DNA from: a virus
Lineage: Duplodnaviria > Caudoviricetes
Length of the DNA stretch: 57,999 nt
Direction: 5' to 3' (one strand)
IMG/VR virus record: IMGVR_UViG_3300047560_001295
Coordinates: 1 to 57,999 of that record
The position numbers and the translations under genes were made by a program. This document shows, piece after piece, positions 29,013 through 37,322 of the stretch; within the stretch, counting starts at the first letter, position 1, and each line of letters starts with the position of its first letter. The notes beneath the pieces are model-generated. The model did not search any database and was not told the DNA's origin. It saw only the letters and a program-made list of their open reading frames with translations.

Positions 29013-30724
29013 TGATACTCAGGGATTACCAAGAGGCCGCAGTCGACAGCCTCTTTACCTATTTCGCCAAGAAGTCGGGCAATCCTATTATTGCCCTGCC
29101 CACCGGGACCGGGAAAAGCGTAGTCATAGCAAGCTTCATTCAGCGGGCTTGTTATCAGTATCCCGGTACGCGGATCATGAAGCTGACCCACAGCAAAGAG
29201 CTTATCGAACAGAATTACGAGCGGTTTTTGCAGCTCTGGCCTACTGCTCCGGCCGGAGTTTATTCGGCTGGGCTCAAACGGAAAGACACCGGAAACCCCA
29301 TAGTGTTCGGCGGCATTAGAACGGTAGCCAACGCAGATCCCGAAATCTTCGGTCGCATAGACTTGTTGCTTATCGATGAATGTCATCTGCTTTCCCCAAA
29401 GAATACTACCCAGTATCAAAAAGTCATTGCAGGCCTAAAAGAGACCAATCCCTATTTAAAAGTTGTTGGGCTGACAGCGACCCCTTATCGAATGGGCACC
29501 GGGATGCTTACCGATCCCGGCCAGCTGTTTACTGACTTGGCCTTCGACCTGACAGACTTGGAGTCTTTTAACTGGCTATTGAATCAAGGCTACCTGAGTA
29601 TGCTGGTCCCGAAGATGACTGCGCTCGAATTGGACGTTAGCGGAGTTCATTTATCCGGTGGTGAATTTAAGCAAAATGAATTGCAGGCGGCTGTCGACCA
29701 AGATGCTGTTACCCGGGCGGCTGTGGCCGAGATGGTGGAACATGGAGTCAACCGGAATCATTGGCTCATCTTCGCTTCAGGCATAGAGCACGCAGAACAT
29801 GTCACCGACATCCTTTTGGAATATGGAATCCGGGCCACTTACGTTCACTCGAAGATTAGTACCGAGCTCCGGGATGCCCGAATAGATGGATTTAAGGCAG
29901 GTTACTACCAAGCCGTCGTAAACAACGGGATTTTAACCACGGGGTTCGACTTCCCGGGCATCGACCTTATCGGGGTACTTAGACCCACACATGCGGCTTC
30001 ATTGTGGGTACAAATGCTGGGGCGTGGGACGCGTCCGGTTTATGCTCCGGGATTTGATTTATCCAGTCCGCAGGGGCGGCTGGATGCCATTAAGCAGGGG
30101 CCTAAACAAAATACGTTGGTCATGGATTTTGCCGGGAATTCTCGAAGACTTGGGCCGATCAACGATCCGATACTGCCCAAGAAAAAAGGGAAAGGCAAAG
30201 GGAAAGGCATGGCCCCAATTAAGGTGTGTCCGGCCTGTATGACATACAATCACGCCAGCGTCCGGTTCTGCACTAACTGCCTTGAGGAATTCCCAAAGGA
30301 TGTCAAGATAGAACACGAGGCCGGGACTGCTGCGCTTATAGCTGATGCAGCCATCCGTGTTTCAGACTTGAAGGTAGACAGGGTCACCTATCGAATCCAC
30401 GAAAAAGAGGGCCGGCCCCCATCCATGCAAGTGTCCTATTTTTGCGGGCTATCCATGTTTAGAGAATGGGTGTGCTTTGAGCATCAGGGCTATCCAAAAC
30501 ATAAAGCACATCAGTGGTGGCGTGAGCGGGCAGGGACTATCTTGGTCCCGACTACCACAGCCGAGGCCATGACTTATGTGGATGACCTACGTATTCCGGT
30601 TAACATCCGGGTTCAACATAAGAAATCATTTGACGAGGTAATTGGTTATGACTACACCGGACAAGCATTCTCCGAAAGCAAAAATGATGATGCGGGACCC
30701 AAGCATCCACCGGATGCTCATTGA
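29012..30724 (+). CDS. SF2 helicase (RadD/YejH-like) with zinc finger
   Basis: PTGTGKS, DECH, TAT, TTGFD, QMLGRG and CPAC...CTNC motifs. Confidence 0.93.
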   Translation: MILRDYQEAAVDSLFTYFAKKSGNPIIALPTGTGKSVVIASFIQRACYQYPGTRIMKLTHSKELIEQNYERFLQLWPTAPAGVYSAGLKRKDTGNPIVFGGIRTVANADPEIFGRIDLLLIDECHLLSPKNTTQYQKVIAGLKETNPYLKVVGLTATPYRMGTGMLTDPGQLFTDLAFDLTDLESFNWLLNQGYLSMLVPKMTALELDVSGVHLSGGEFKQNELQAAVDQDAVTRAAVAEMVEHGVNRNHWLIFASGIEHAEHVTDILLEYGIRATYVHSKISTELRDARIDGFKAGYYQAVVNNGILTTGFDFPGIDLIGVLRPTHAASLWVQMLGRGTRPVYAPGFDLSSPQGRLDAIKQGPKQNTLVMDFAGNSRRLGPINDPILPKKKGKGKGKGMAPIKVCPACMTYNHASVRFCTNCLEEFPKDVKIEHEAGTAALIADAAIRVSDLKVDRVTYRIHEKEGRPPSMQVSYFCGLSMFREWVCFEHQGYPKHKAHQWWRERAGTILVPTTTAEAMTYVDDLRIPVNIRVQHKKSFDEVIGYDYTGQAFSESKNDDAGPKHPPDAH

Positions 30725-30866
30725 AAACTCCATAGACCGCAGTTGTTTGAATTGTGGGTTGTTCGATGCGGGGAAAGAAATCTGCCGCAACTGGGGTGTC
30801 CGGCCTCCAGCTGAGATCATCGTTTTCTCTTGCATCGAAGAATGGGAAAAAGACATCCCATTTTAA
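30642..30866 (+). CDS. Small Cys-rich protein (start uncertain)
   Basis: CLNC...C...RPP...C, ending DIPF. Confidence 0.6.
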   Translation: MVMTTPDKHSPKAKMMMRDPSIHRMLIENSIDRSCLNCGLFDAGKEICRNWGVRPPAEIIVFSCIEEWEKDIPF

Positions 30867-30872
30867 ACAAAT

Positions 30873-30909
30873 AGTTGTTGATTCATTTAGAACAACTGTT
30901 CTAGAATTA
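30873..30909 (+). promoter_or_regulatory. Early promoter, copy 1
   Basis: TTGATT-N18-TAGAAT; 32/37 identical to 31366-31402. Confidence 0.75.
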
Positions 30910-30956
30910 GATCCATGCCGGGGGAGCAGTTCCTTTGGCCCTTTTGGAGAAAATCA

Positions 30957-31133
30957 ATGGCCGCTTTTGTAACGCTTTGGATCTTTGCTGTCTTTACCCT
31001 GCTCACATTGGTTGTTTTTGGTGCTATCCAGTTCTTCAATAAAGTCCGGGATGGCCACAGGCTTACCCGGGATGAGCGTAAGCGCCGGACTCGTGATGCT
31101 AAGTATTCCCGTTTCCTTGGCGGCATCCATTAG
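30957..31133 (+). CDS. Small membrane protein
   Basis: GGAG Shine-Dalgarno; N-terminal hydrophobic helix and basic tail. Confidence 0.6.
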   Translation: MAAFVTLWIFAVFTLLTLVVFGAIQFFNKVRDGHRLTRDERKRRTRDAKYSRFLGGIH

Positions 31134-31142
31134 GAGGTTATC

Positions 31143-31280
31143 ATGTTCGAACGATTCCTGATTATCGCACTTGCTTTCATGTGTTTTGTGTTGGCCAGTG
31201 AAATGGACTACCAAGACTGGGAACGCTCTCACGATTGTGCTCCAGTATTAACAAAACCCAATCAAACAGCGGTGGGCTAA
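31143..31280 (+). CDS. Small membrane or secreted protein (45 aa)
   Basis: AGGAGG Shine-Dalgarno; hand-translated MFERFLIIALAFMCFVLASEMDYQD... Confidence 0.65.
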   Translation: MFERFLIIALAFMCFVLASEMDYQDWERSHDCAPVLTKPNQTAVG

Positions 31281-31364
31281 ATGGAACATTTAATTGTTTT
31301 CGGGATGTGGTTCTTTTGTTTCTTTATGGTTGTTGGCTACATTATCCCTTGGATTTTGTTTTAA
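31281..31364 (+). CDS. Hydrophobic micropeptide (27 aa)
   Basis: MEHLIVFGMWFFCFFMVVGYIIPWILF; the ATG abuts the previous stop. Confidence 0.5.
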   Translation: MEHLIVFGMWFFCFFMVVGYIIPWILF

Positions 31365-31365
31365 A

Positions 31366-31402
31366 AGTTGTTGATGCTTTTAGATCATCTGTTCTATAAT
31401 TA
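31366..31402 (+). promoter_or_regulatory. Early promoter, copy 2
   Basis: TTGATG-N18-TATAAT. Confidence 0.8.
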
Positions 31403-31446
31403 CTCATGGTTCGGGGAATGGCCCCGGCCCCTACCGGAGATCAACA

Positions 31447-32040
31447 ATGAAGACCTTTTCCTCTAAATCTAATGCTCGTCGTGCGCTTAAAGTTGTTGGT
31501 GATAAGGCTCTGGAAAGAGCGGACCAACTTCTTTACCAGCTCGCTGATGGCAAGTGGGGCTTTGACGAAGAGCTTGCCGAGCTCGCTCAGTACGCCGCAG
31601 TGGCCGATACCGATATTGATTTCGACGCCCCAAGCCGCATCGTTGGTGAATTCAAAGGAATGAACACAGAGCGTTGCCCAGAATGCGGTTCCACTGAACT
31701 GTATCTTGGTGAATGCCAGCCCGGAAGCGGCGGTATTGGTTTTGTCGTCAATGAGGATTCAGTAATCGGATGCCACGCCTGCGGTTGGGAGCATCGTGAA
31801 GTAAAACAGGTTAAACATAAGAATGAAAAAGCAGCTCCGAAAGCTAAAAAGGAAACGGGTAAAGTAGAGCGAGTGTCTACGACGACTCGCCCGTGTCAGA
31901 AAGTGTGGGAAATAGCAGATGAGATGTTGAAGGCCGACCCAGCCACCAAGCGTAAGGCAATTCTCGAGAGATGCGTTGCAGCCGGGGTCGCCTATAATAC
32001 GGCTCGTACCCAGCTTCAATACTTCCTGTCTAAAAAGTAA
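31447..32040 (+). CDS. Zinc-ribbon protein with C-terminal KVWxIA helical domain
   Basis: CPEC...CHAC; KVWEIAD...TARTQ. Confidence 0.75.
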   Translation: MKTFSSKSNARRALKVVGDKALERADQLLYQLADGKWGFDEELAELAQYAAVADTDIDFDAPSRIVGEFKGMNTERCPECGSTELYLGECQPGSGGIGFVVNEDSVIGCHACGWEHREVKQVKHKNEKAAPKAKKETGKVERVSTTTRPCQKVWEIADEMLKADPATKRKAILERCVAAGVAYNTARTQLQYFLSKK

Positions 32041-32528
32041 TGTATTACCTTATCGATCATTCAACTATGACCATCGTGGAGGTTTCGGAGAATTTCTCCT
32101 ACCTCTGCGACGTCATGGTCGACAACGCAATCATGGCCGCTAGCATTTCGCATCTTGACCATTTGTTCGACGCTTTTGACGCTTTCGCTATGCTAACAGT
32201 GTACGAAAAGCTCGCCTCGACCCAATGGCGCGGACAGCTCAATCGGGATGAGTTGGTTAAAGCTTCCACCGAATTAGCTTCGATAATTAAGCCCCGTAAA
32301 AAGATAAAGCCTGTGGCCGTATCGCCTCAAGAAGAGCCTGCCACAAAGGAAAAACCCCGGACTGGGGCTACGGCCAAAGTCTGGAAGATAGCCACAGAAC
32401 ATAAACACATCCTTGAGCATGGTTGGCCTTTATTCAGAGCCCGTGTTCTGGAGGAGTGTGCGAGCGCCGGGATTAACCCCGCGACCGCTCAAGTACAGCT
32501 TAGTAAGTGGAAGCATCAAAATACTTAG
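32040..32528 (+). CDS. Hypothetical protein with KVWxIA domain
   Basis: KVWKIAT...GINPATAQVQLSKW. Confidence 0.75.
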   Translation: MYYLIDHSTMTIVEVSENFSYLCDVMVDNAIMAASISHLDHLFDAFDAFAMLTVYEKLASTQWRGQLNRDELVKASTELASIIKPRKKIKPVAVSPQEEPATKEKPRTGATAKVWKIATEHKHILEHGWPLFRARVLEECASAGINPATAQVQLSKWKHQNT

Positions 32529-32619
32529 AAAAAGGAACTATCCATTAGTTTTGAGTTTCGCTAATATAGGATTGCGTTCTTAGTTAAGAACTTTTCAACC
32601 CACAACTATTGGAGTTAAC

Positions 32620-32907
32620 ATGACCGAAGAAGCAAAAGCCCCGAAGAAAGAAAAAGCCCCGAAGAAAGAAAAAGTAGTTCAGCATGGTGTTGTTCGTCCG
32701 AACGCCGGTACCAAAACGGCAAAGGTTTGGGACATCGCTGATGCACTGAGCGCAAAGCATCAGGCTCCGGCCGCTCGCAAGGATGTTCTTGCTGAAGCCA
32801 CTAAGGCTGACATCAATGTTTCAACAGCCGCTACGCAGTACGGCCAGTGGCGTAAGTTCCACAATCTGGGTAAAGAACCCACCGAAAAGACTGCTGCAGC
32901 AGAATAA
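32620..32907 (+). CDS. Small basic protein with KVWxIA domain
   Basis: KAPKKE repeated twice; KVWDIAD...INVSTAATQYGQW; GGAG Shine-Dalgarno. Confidence 0.75.
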   Translation: MTEEAKAPKKEKAPKKEKVVQHGVVRPNAGTKTAKVWDIADALSAKHQAPAARKDVLAEATKADINVSTAATQYGQWRKFHNLGKEPTEKTAAAE

Positions 32908-32960
32908 GTCCCCCGAAGAGGGGTAGCTCCGGTTACCCCTCGCCCTAATGGAAGCAACCC

Positions 32961-33695
32961 ATGCTAAAAACTAATACCCAAGAACCAGAAAAGAAAGCCC
33001 CGCAGACCGGGGTTTTTTTAGACGTGCACAGCATCTTTCACACTATTCAAGGTGAAGGTCCTTTCTGTGGAGTACCAGCTGTCTTTATCCGCTTAGCCGG
33101 ATGCAATCTTCAATGCCCTCTTTGCGATACTGATTACACTGATGGCCGCAAGGAATTGCCGACCGGTGAAATCGTCGACACTGCTCTAGAACTCACGGCC
33201 TTAAATAAAACTAGGTTAGTAGTGATTACAGGAGGTGAGCCTTTCCGGCAAAACATTAGTAATCTCGTCTTCCAATTGCTTGGCCTCGATTTTTTTGTTC
33301 AGATCGAAACCAATGGTACTATGGCGCTCCCTTCCCGGTTCCCGGCCATGTATCTTGAAAAGGATATTAGTTTAAAAGAAGGTGTCTACATTGTAGTCAG
33401 CCCAAAAACCGGGACCGTTCATCCCAGCATTACCGAAGCGGCCTGCGCCTATAAGTATGTGGCCACAATGGAATCCATCTGTGAGGACGGACTCCCGGAC
33501 AAGGCCTTGAATCATCCGGCGCATCCAAGGCTAGCTAGGCCACCAGAGTGGTTTGCGGGATCTGTTTACCTGCAACCTGTGGATGAACGGGACATGGAAA
33601 AAGACGACGCCAATCTTGCAGCCTGTATCGAAGCTTGTTACAAGCACGGCTACACCCTTCAACTTCAAATCCACAAATACATTGGAGCTCCATAA
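32961..33695 (+). CDS. queE: 7-carboxy-7-deazaguanine synthase (radical SAM)
   Basis: IFHTIQGEG, CNLQCPLCDT, TGGEP, IETNG, VSPK and QIHK motifs. Confidence 0.95.
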   Translation: MLKTNTQEPEKKAPQTGVFLDVHSIFHTIQGEGPFCGVPAVFIRLAGCNLQCPLCDTDYTDGRKELPTGEIVDTALELTALNKTRLVVITGGEPFRQNISNLVFQLLGLDFFVQIETNGTMALPSRFPAMYLEKDISLKEGVYIVVSPKTGTVHPSITEAACAYKYVATMESICEDGLPDKALNHPAHPRLARPPEWFAGSVYLQPVDERDMEKDDANLAACIEACYKHGYTLQLQIHKYIGAP

Positions 33696-34477
33696 TGACT
33701 ACAAAAGCCTTAGTCGTCCTTAGTGGCGGACAAGATTCAACAACGTGCCTTTTCTGGGCGCAGAAAACGTTTGATGAGATTCACGCTATTACTTTTGATT
33801 ACGGTCAGCGCCATAGTCTTGAGCTGGAAGCCGCTTTAAAAGTGGGGGAGATGGCCGGCGTTATAACCCATGAATTTGTAAAAGTCCCTAATTGTTTGGT
33901 TTCGGTTAGCCCGCTTACCAGCGACAACGAACTAGAAGAATACGATAGCTTCGAGCAGATGGACGCAACTATCGGGAATCGTCGGGAGCTGACCTTTGTG
34001 CCTATGCGCAATGCTTTATTCCTGACCATCGCAGCGAACCGGGCTGAAGCTTTGGGTATCCAAAACATCGTGACTGGTGTCTGCCAGATGGACAATGCCA
34101 ACTATGATGATTGCCGGCTGGTTTTCCTAGAAGCTACTGAGAATTACATCAACACTGCTCTTGGTCATGACCATCGTGGAACACCCCAGATTGAAATCTA
34201 CGCACCGCTCCTGATGTTGAGTAAAGCTCAAACTGTTCTCCTTGCCCGGGAGCTCCCCGGTTGTTGGGAAGCTCTGGCCTATAGCCACACGAGTTATGAT
34301 GGGCTCTACCCGCCGACTGGAATGAATCATTCCAACGTTCTTAGGGCGCAGGGTTTCCTTGAGGCCGGTCATCCAGATCCTTTAGTCCTTCGTGCTCATC
34401 GGGAAGGTCTGATGGAGCTCCCTGACACGGACAACTATAAAAACCTCCAGCTTGACTGCTTTGATGGTGGCCTCTGA
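33695..34477 (+). CDS. queC: 7-cyano-7-deazaguanine synthase
   Basis: SGGQDST, FDYGQRH, TFVPMRN and YDDCR motifs; start MTTKAL overlaps the queE stop. Confidence 0.93.
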   Translation: MTTKALVVLSGGQDSTTCLFWAQKTFDEIHAITFDYGQRHSLELEAALKVGEMAGVITHEFVKVPNCLVSVSPLTSDNELEEYDSFEQMDATIGNRRELTFVPMRNALFLTIAANRAEALGIQNIVTGVCQMDNANYDDCRLVFLEATENYINTALGHDHRGTPQIEIYAPLLMLSKAQTVLLARELPGCWEALAYSHTSYDGLYPPTGMNHSNVLRAQGFLEAGHPDPLVLRAHREGLMELPDTDNYKNLQLDCFDGGL

Positions 34478-34593
34478 TGATTACTATTCAGCAGGAACTT
34501 AGACAATACAGTACCCACTGTGGTATCTACGCAATAACCCACTCTGAAGCAAGAAAACGTTACTGGGAGAGGAAAAGAAATGAGAACAGCTGA
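34477..34593 (+). pseudogene. Internally deleted GIY-YIG endonuclease remnant (38 aa)
   Basis: Hand-translated MITIQQELRQYSTHCGIYAITHSEARKRYWERKRNENS. Confidence 0.55.
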
Positions 34594-35050
34594 ACGTGTT
34601 CATGATTTTTCGTATGGCCATCGGGTGCATAACCATGAAAGCAAATGCGCGCATCTTCATGGTCACAACGGTAGAGTAAAGTTTGTTGTTACCGCGCCGG
34701 AATTGGATGCTTTGGGTCGGATAATGGATTTCGGTGTTATTAAAGAAAGGTTGTGTTCTTGGCTTGAAGATAATTGGGATCACAAATTTCTTGCTTGGGA
34801 AGAAGATCCTCTTATGCAAACAATGCTTTATGCAGCTTCCGATACTCAATCTGGACAAATGCTAGAAGCATCTATTGTGTGGGTACCGTTTAATCCAACC
34901 GCCGAAAATATGGCTCAATATCTAGTTGATGTGATCGGGCCTAAACAATTGGCTGGAACAGAAGTGACGCTTATTTCGGTTACTTTCGACGAAACTCGAA
35001 AATGTTCATGCACTCATTCTCTAGAGAATTTTTATGTATCATCTATCTAA
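34580..35050 (+). CDS. queD: 6-carboxytetrahydropterin synthase
   Basis: GHRV...KCAHLHGH, MDFG, WDHKFL, NPTAEN and ET motifs. Confidence 0.95.
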   Translation: MRTAERVHDFSYGHRVHNHESKCAHLHGHNGRVKFVVTAPELDALGRIMDFGVIKERLCSWLEDNWDHKFLAWEEDPLMQTMLYAASDTQSGQMLEASIVWVPFNPTAENMAQYLVDVIGPKQLAGTEVTLISVTFDETRKCSCTHSLENFYVSSI

Positions 35051-35924
35051 TGTTGAAATAGCTGAGCTCGCCATAGATTTGGCTGCACGTATTGAGAATG
35101 AACTTCCTTTGGCGACTCGCCGATGCTACCCGATTCCCCGCGGGGGTGTCCCCGCGGCTTACGCTTTAGCCAAATACCTTCCCGGGATGGTTATTGTGGA
35201 TACAGCTGAGGATGCGGATTTCTTTATCGATGATCTTATCGATTCGGGGACTACCGCAGACCACTGGTATAAACGTTTTCCCCAGAAACCGTTCTACGCC
35301 CTCATTACAAAGGCTTTTGGTAAGTTCGAATATGAATGGCTCGTCTTTCCTTGGGAAGGAGATGCAGAAGGAAGCATCGAAGATAACATCGTTCGCCTGC
35401 TTCAATTCTTTGGAGAAGATCCGGCGCGTGGTGGTCTGCTGGAAACACCGAAGCGCGTAGCCAAGGCTTGGAAGCATTGGACATCCGGATACACCCGGGA
35501 CCCAATGGAAGTGCTCAAAGTCTTTGAGGATGGGGCTGACCGTTGTGATGAAATGGTCGTGGTCCGGGACATCCCGTTCTACTCCCAGTGCGAACACCAT
35601 CTGGCTCCATTCTTCGGAACGGCCACCGTTGCTTACATCCCAGACGGAAAAATCGTCGGCCTATCAAAATTGTCCCGCCTTGTGGATATCTTTGCTCGCC
35701 GGTTGCAGGTTCAAGAACGGTTGACCAACCAGATTGCGGATGCTTTGGTAGATGGCCTTGATCCAAAAGGTGTGGGCGTGGTTATCCAAGCTCGCCACCT
35801 TTGCATGGAGTCTAGGGGTATCTGCCAGCAGGGCCATTCAACGGTTACATCTGCGCTACGCGGAGTCCTGAAAGACACCCCGTCAGCCCGGGCGGAATTC
35901 TTGTCGCTTGCATCACACAAATGA
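35034..35924 (+). CDS. folE: Phosphoribosyltransferase - GTP cyclohydrolase I fusion
   Basis: N-terminal IPRGG, IDDLIDSGTT and WLVFPWE; C-terminal GLLETPKRV, CEHH, GLSKL, LQVQERLT and HLCM. Confidence 0.93.
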   Translation: MYHLSNVEIAELAIDLAARIENELPLATRRCYPIPRGGVPAAYALAKYLPGMVIVDTAEDADFFIDDLIDSGTTADHWYKRFPQKPFYALITKAFGKFEYEWLVFPWEGDAEGSIEDNIVRLLQFFGEDPARGGLLETPKRVAKAWKHWTSGYTRDPMEVLKVFEDGADRCDEMVVVRDIPFYSQCEHHLAPFFGTATVAYIPDGKIVGLSKLSRLVDIFARRLQVQERLTNQIADALVDGLDPKGVGVVIQARHLCMESRGICQQGHSTVTSALRGVLKDTPSARAEFLSLASHK

Positions 35925-35953
35925 TTGACGGCGTTTTTCGTTTAAACTAAAAT
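35925..35953 (+). promoter_or_regulatory. Sigma70-like promoter
   Basis: TTGACG-N17-TAAAAT. Confidence 0.75.
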
Positions 35954-35984
35954 AAGGGTGTGGCCGAAAGGTTACGCCCTTTTT
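35954..35984 (+). terminator. GAAA-loop hairpin with T-run (terminator or 5' leader structure)
   Basis: AAGGGTGTGGCC-GAAA-GGTTACGCCCTT followed by further T residues. Confidence 0.55.
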
Positions 35985-36003
35985 AATCAAACGGAGAAAG
36001 ACA

Positions 36004-36396
36004 ATGAGAATGTGGATGGTCGACCCAATGATTATGTGCCGCCAGCATCTTCTTGGTGAACACGTGGAATTGCATATGCTGGTAGGGACGCTCAAGCGGG
36101 GTATCTCTGTACGGGGTTATCTCCGGGACAAGTTGTTCGAGCCGGAGTCCTTGTACCAGCGCCATGAAGACCTTGTCAACGAAATGGAATGGCGTGGGTA
36201 TAACCACAAAAGTCCTCTTGATGTGGTTCCGCTGGACCATCTTCCAGACAATCCGATTGACCGGATGGCTTCGTTAGCGGAGCTTATTCGCCGGTGCCCG
36301 GAATGCCAAGCCCGGTATCATGACCTGCAGGCTGATGATGGATTACTTACAGGTCTCGCACCTCTTGAACCCAGAGTTGTTTCTTTCGAATTATGA
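36004..36396 (+). CDS. Pyrimidine-dimer DNA glycosylase (DenV-like)
   Basis: MRMW...CRQHLLGEHVELH and RHEDLVNEMEWRGYNH motifs. Confidence 0.8.
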   Translation: MRMWMVDPMIMCRQHLLGEHVELHMLVGTLKRGISVRGYLRDKLFEPESLYQRHEDLVNEMEWRGYNHKSPLDVVPLDHLPDNPIDRMASLAELIRRCPECQARYHDLQADDGLLTGLAPLEPRVVSFEL

Positions 36397-37322
36397 AGCT
36401 ATTCTTAGCTGGTCTTTACACGAGCAATTTTGACGTGGGCGGGCGGCTTTTCGCCCGCTGCACGGAGTACGAGAGATACCAGAGGCTGTATGCGAAAAAT
36501 CTGCTGGAGTCTTATCACTACGTTCATCGACAAGCTTACGTGGATCGTATGCGGAAAGATGGTGTTCAAGTATTTCTTGACTCTGGAGCTTTCTCGGCTT
36601 GGTCTAAAGGTGTTTCAGTAGACCTCCCCAGTTACTGCCATTACATCAAGGAGAACGATGACATCTTGTTAAAGGTCGACGGGGATCTGTGGGCCTCGGT
36701 TCTTGATGCTATCGGCGATGACCAGAAGACTTTTGAAAATCAGAAGGCGATGGAAAAGCTAGGGGTTCGTCCGCTCCCCTGCTTTCACTACGGGGAAGAC
36801 CCACGCTACCTCGAGTATTATGTTGCGAACTACACTTCGATTACCATCGGAGGTCTTGTCGGTAAACCAGACAATCTAGTCCGTCCTTGGCTGGATATGA
36901 TTTGGGAAAAATACATGATTGACGGAGCTGGCCGGGCGAAGACCCGGGTCCATGGCTTCGGTCTTACAAAACCGGAAATGATGCGCCGGTATCCGTGGTT
37001 TTCCACAGACTCGTCTTCGTGGGTCCAGATAGCCGCGGCCGGTGGTATTTTGCTTCTTCCCGGCGCGAACGTAATGAGCGTGTCAGCACAAAGCCCTTCC
37101 AAACGGATTGAGAATCAACACCTAACTACACTTGCTCCCGTATTGCGAGATGCCGTCGAGGAGCGTATTCGCTCTTATGGGGGTGACCCGGAACGCCTTC
37201 AGACCGAATACCTTAGCCGTTGGTGTTACAACATCTACGCTTACACTTTACTGGGGGATACCATCACCGCAGAGAAGGCGGGGAACCCCGTGTACCAAGG
37301 CGCTCAGATAGGACTCTTCTAA
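36393..37322 (+). CDS. dpdA: DNA-guanine transglycosylase (TGT-like)
   Basis: FLDSGAFS, LDAIG, PCFH, IGG, VHGFG and TDSSSW motifs; clustered with queCDE/folE. Confidence 0.85.
   Translation: MKLFLAGLYTSNFDVGGRLFARCTEYERYQRLYAKNLLESYHYVHRQAYVDRMRKDGVQVFLDSGAFSAWSKGVSVDLPSYCHYIKENDDILLKVDGDLWASVLDAIGDDQKTFENQKAMEKLGVRPLPCFHYGEDPRYLEYYVANYTSITIGGLVGKPDNLVRPWLDMIWEKYMIDGAGRAKTRVHGFGLTKPEMMRRYPWFSTDSSSWVQIAAAGGILLLPGANVMSVSAQSPSKRIENQHLTTLAPVLRDAVEERIRSYGGDPERLQTEYLSRWCYNIYAYTLLGDTITAEKAGNPVYQGAQIGLF

Noticed and set aside
32910-32955. preQ1 riboswitch upstream of queE
   Set aside because: A GAGGGGT/ACCCCTC hairpin exists, but the class I loop consensus and A-rich tail are missing; more likely a plain stem-loop.
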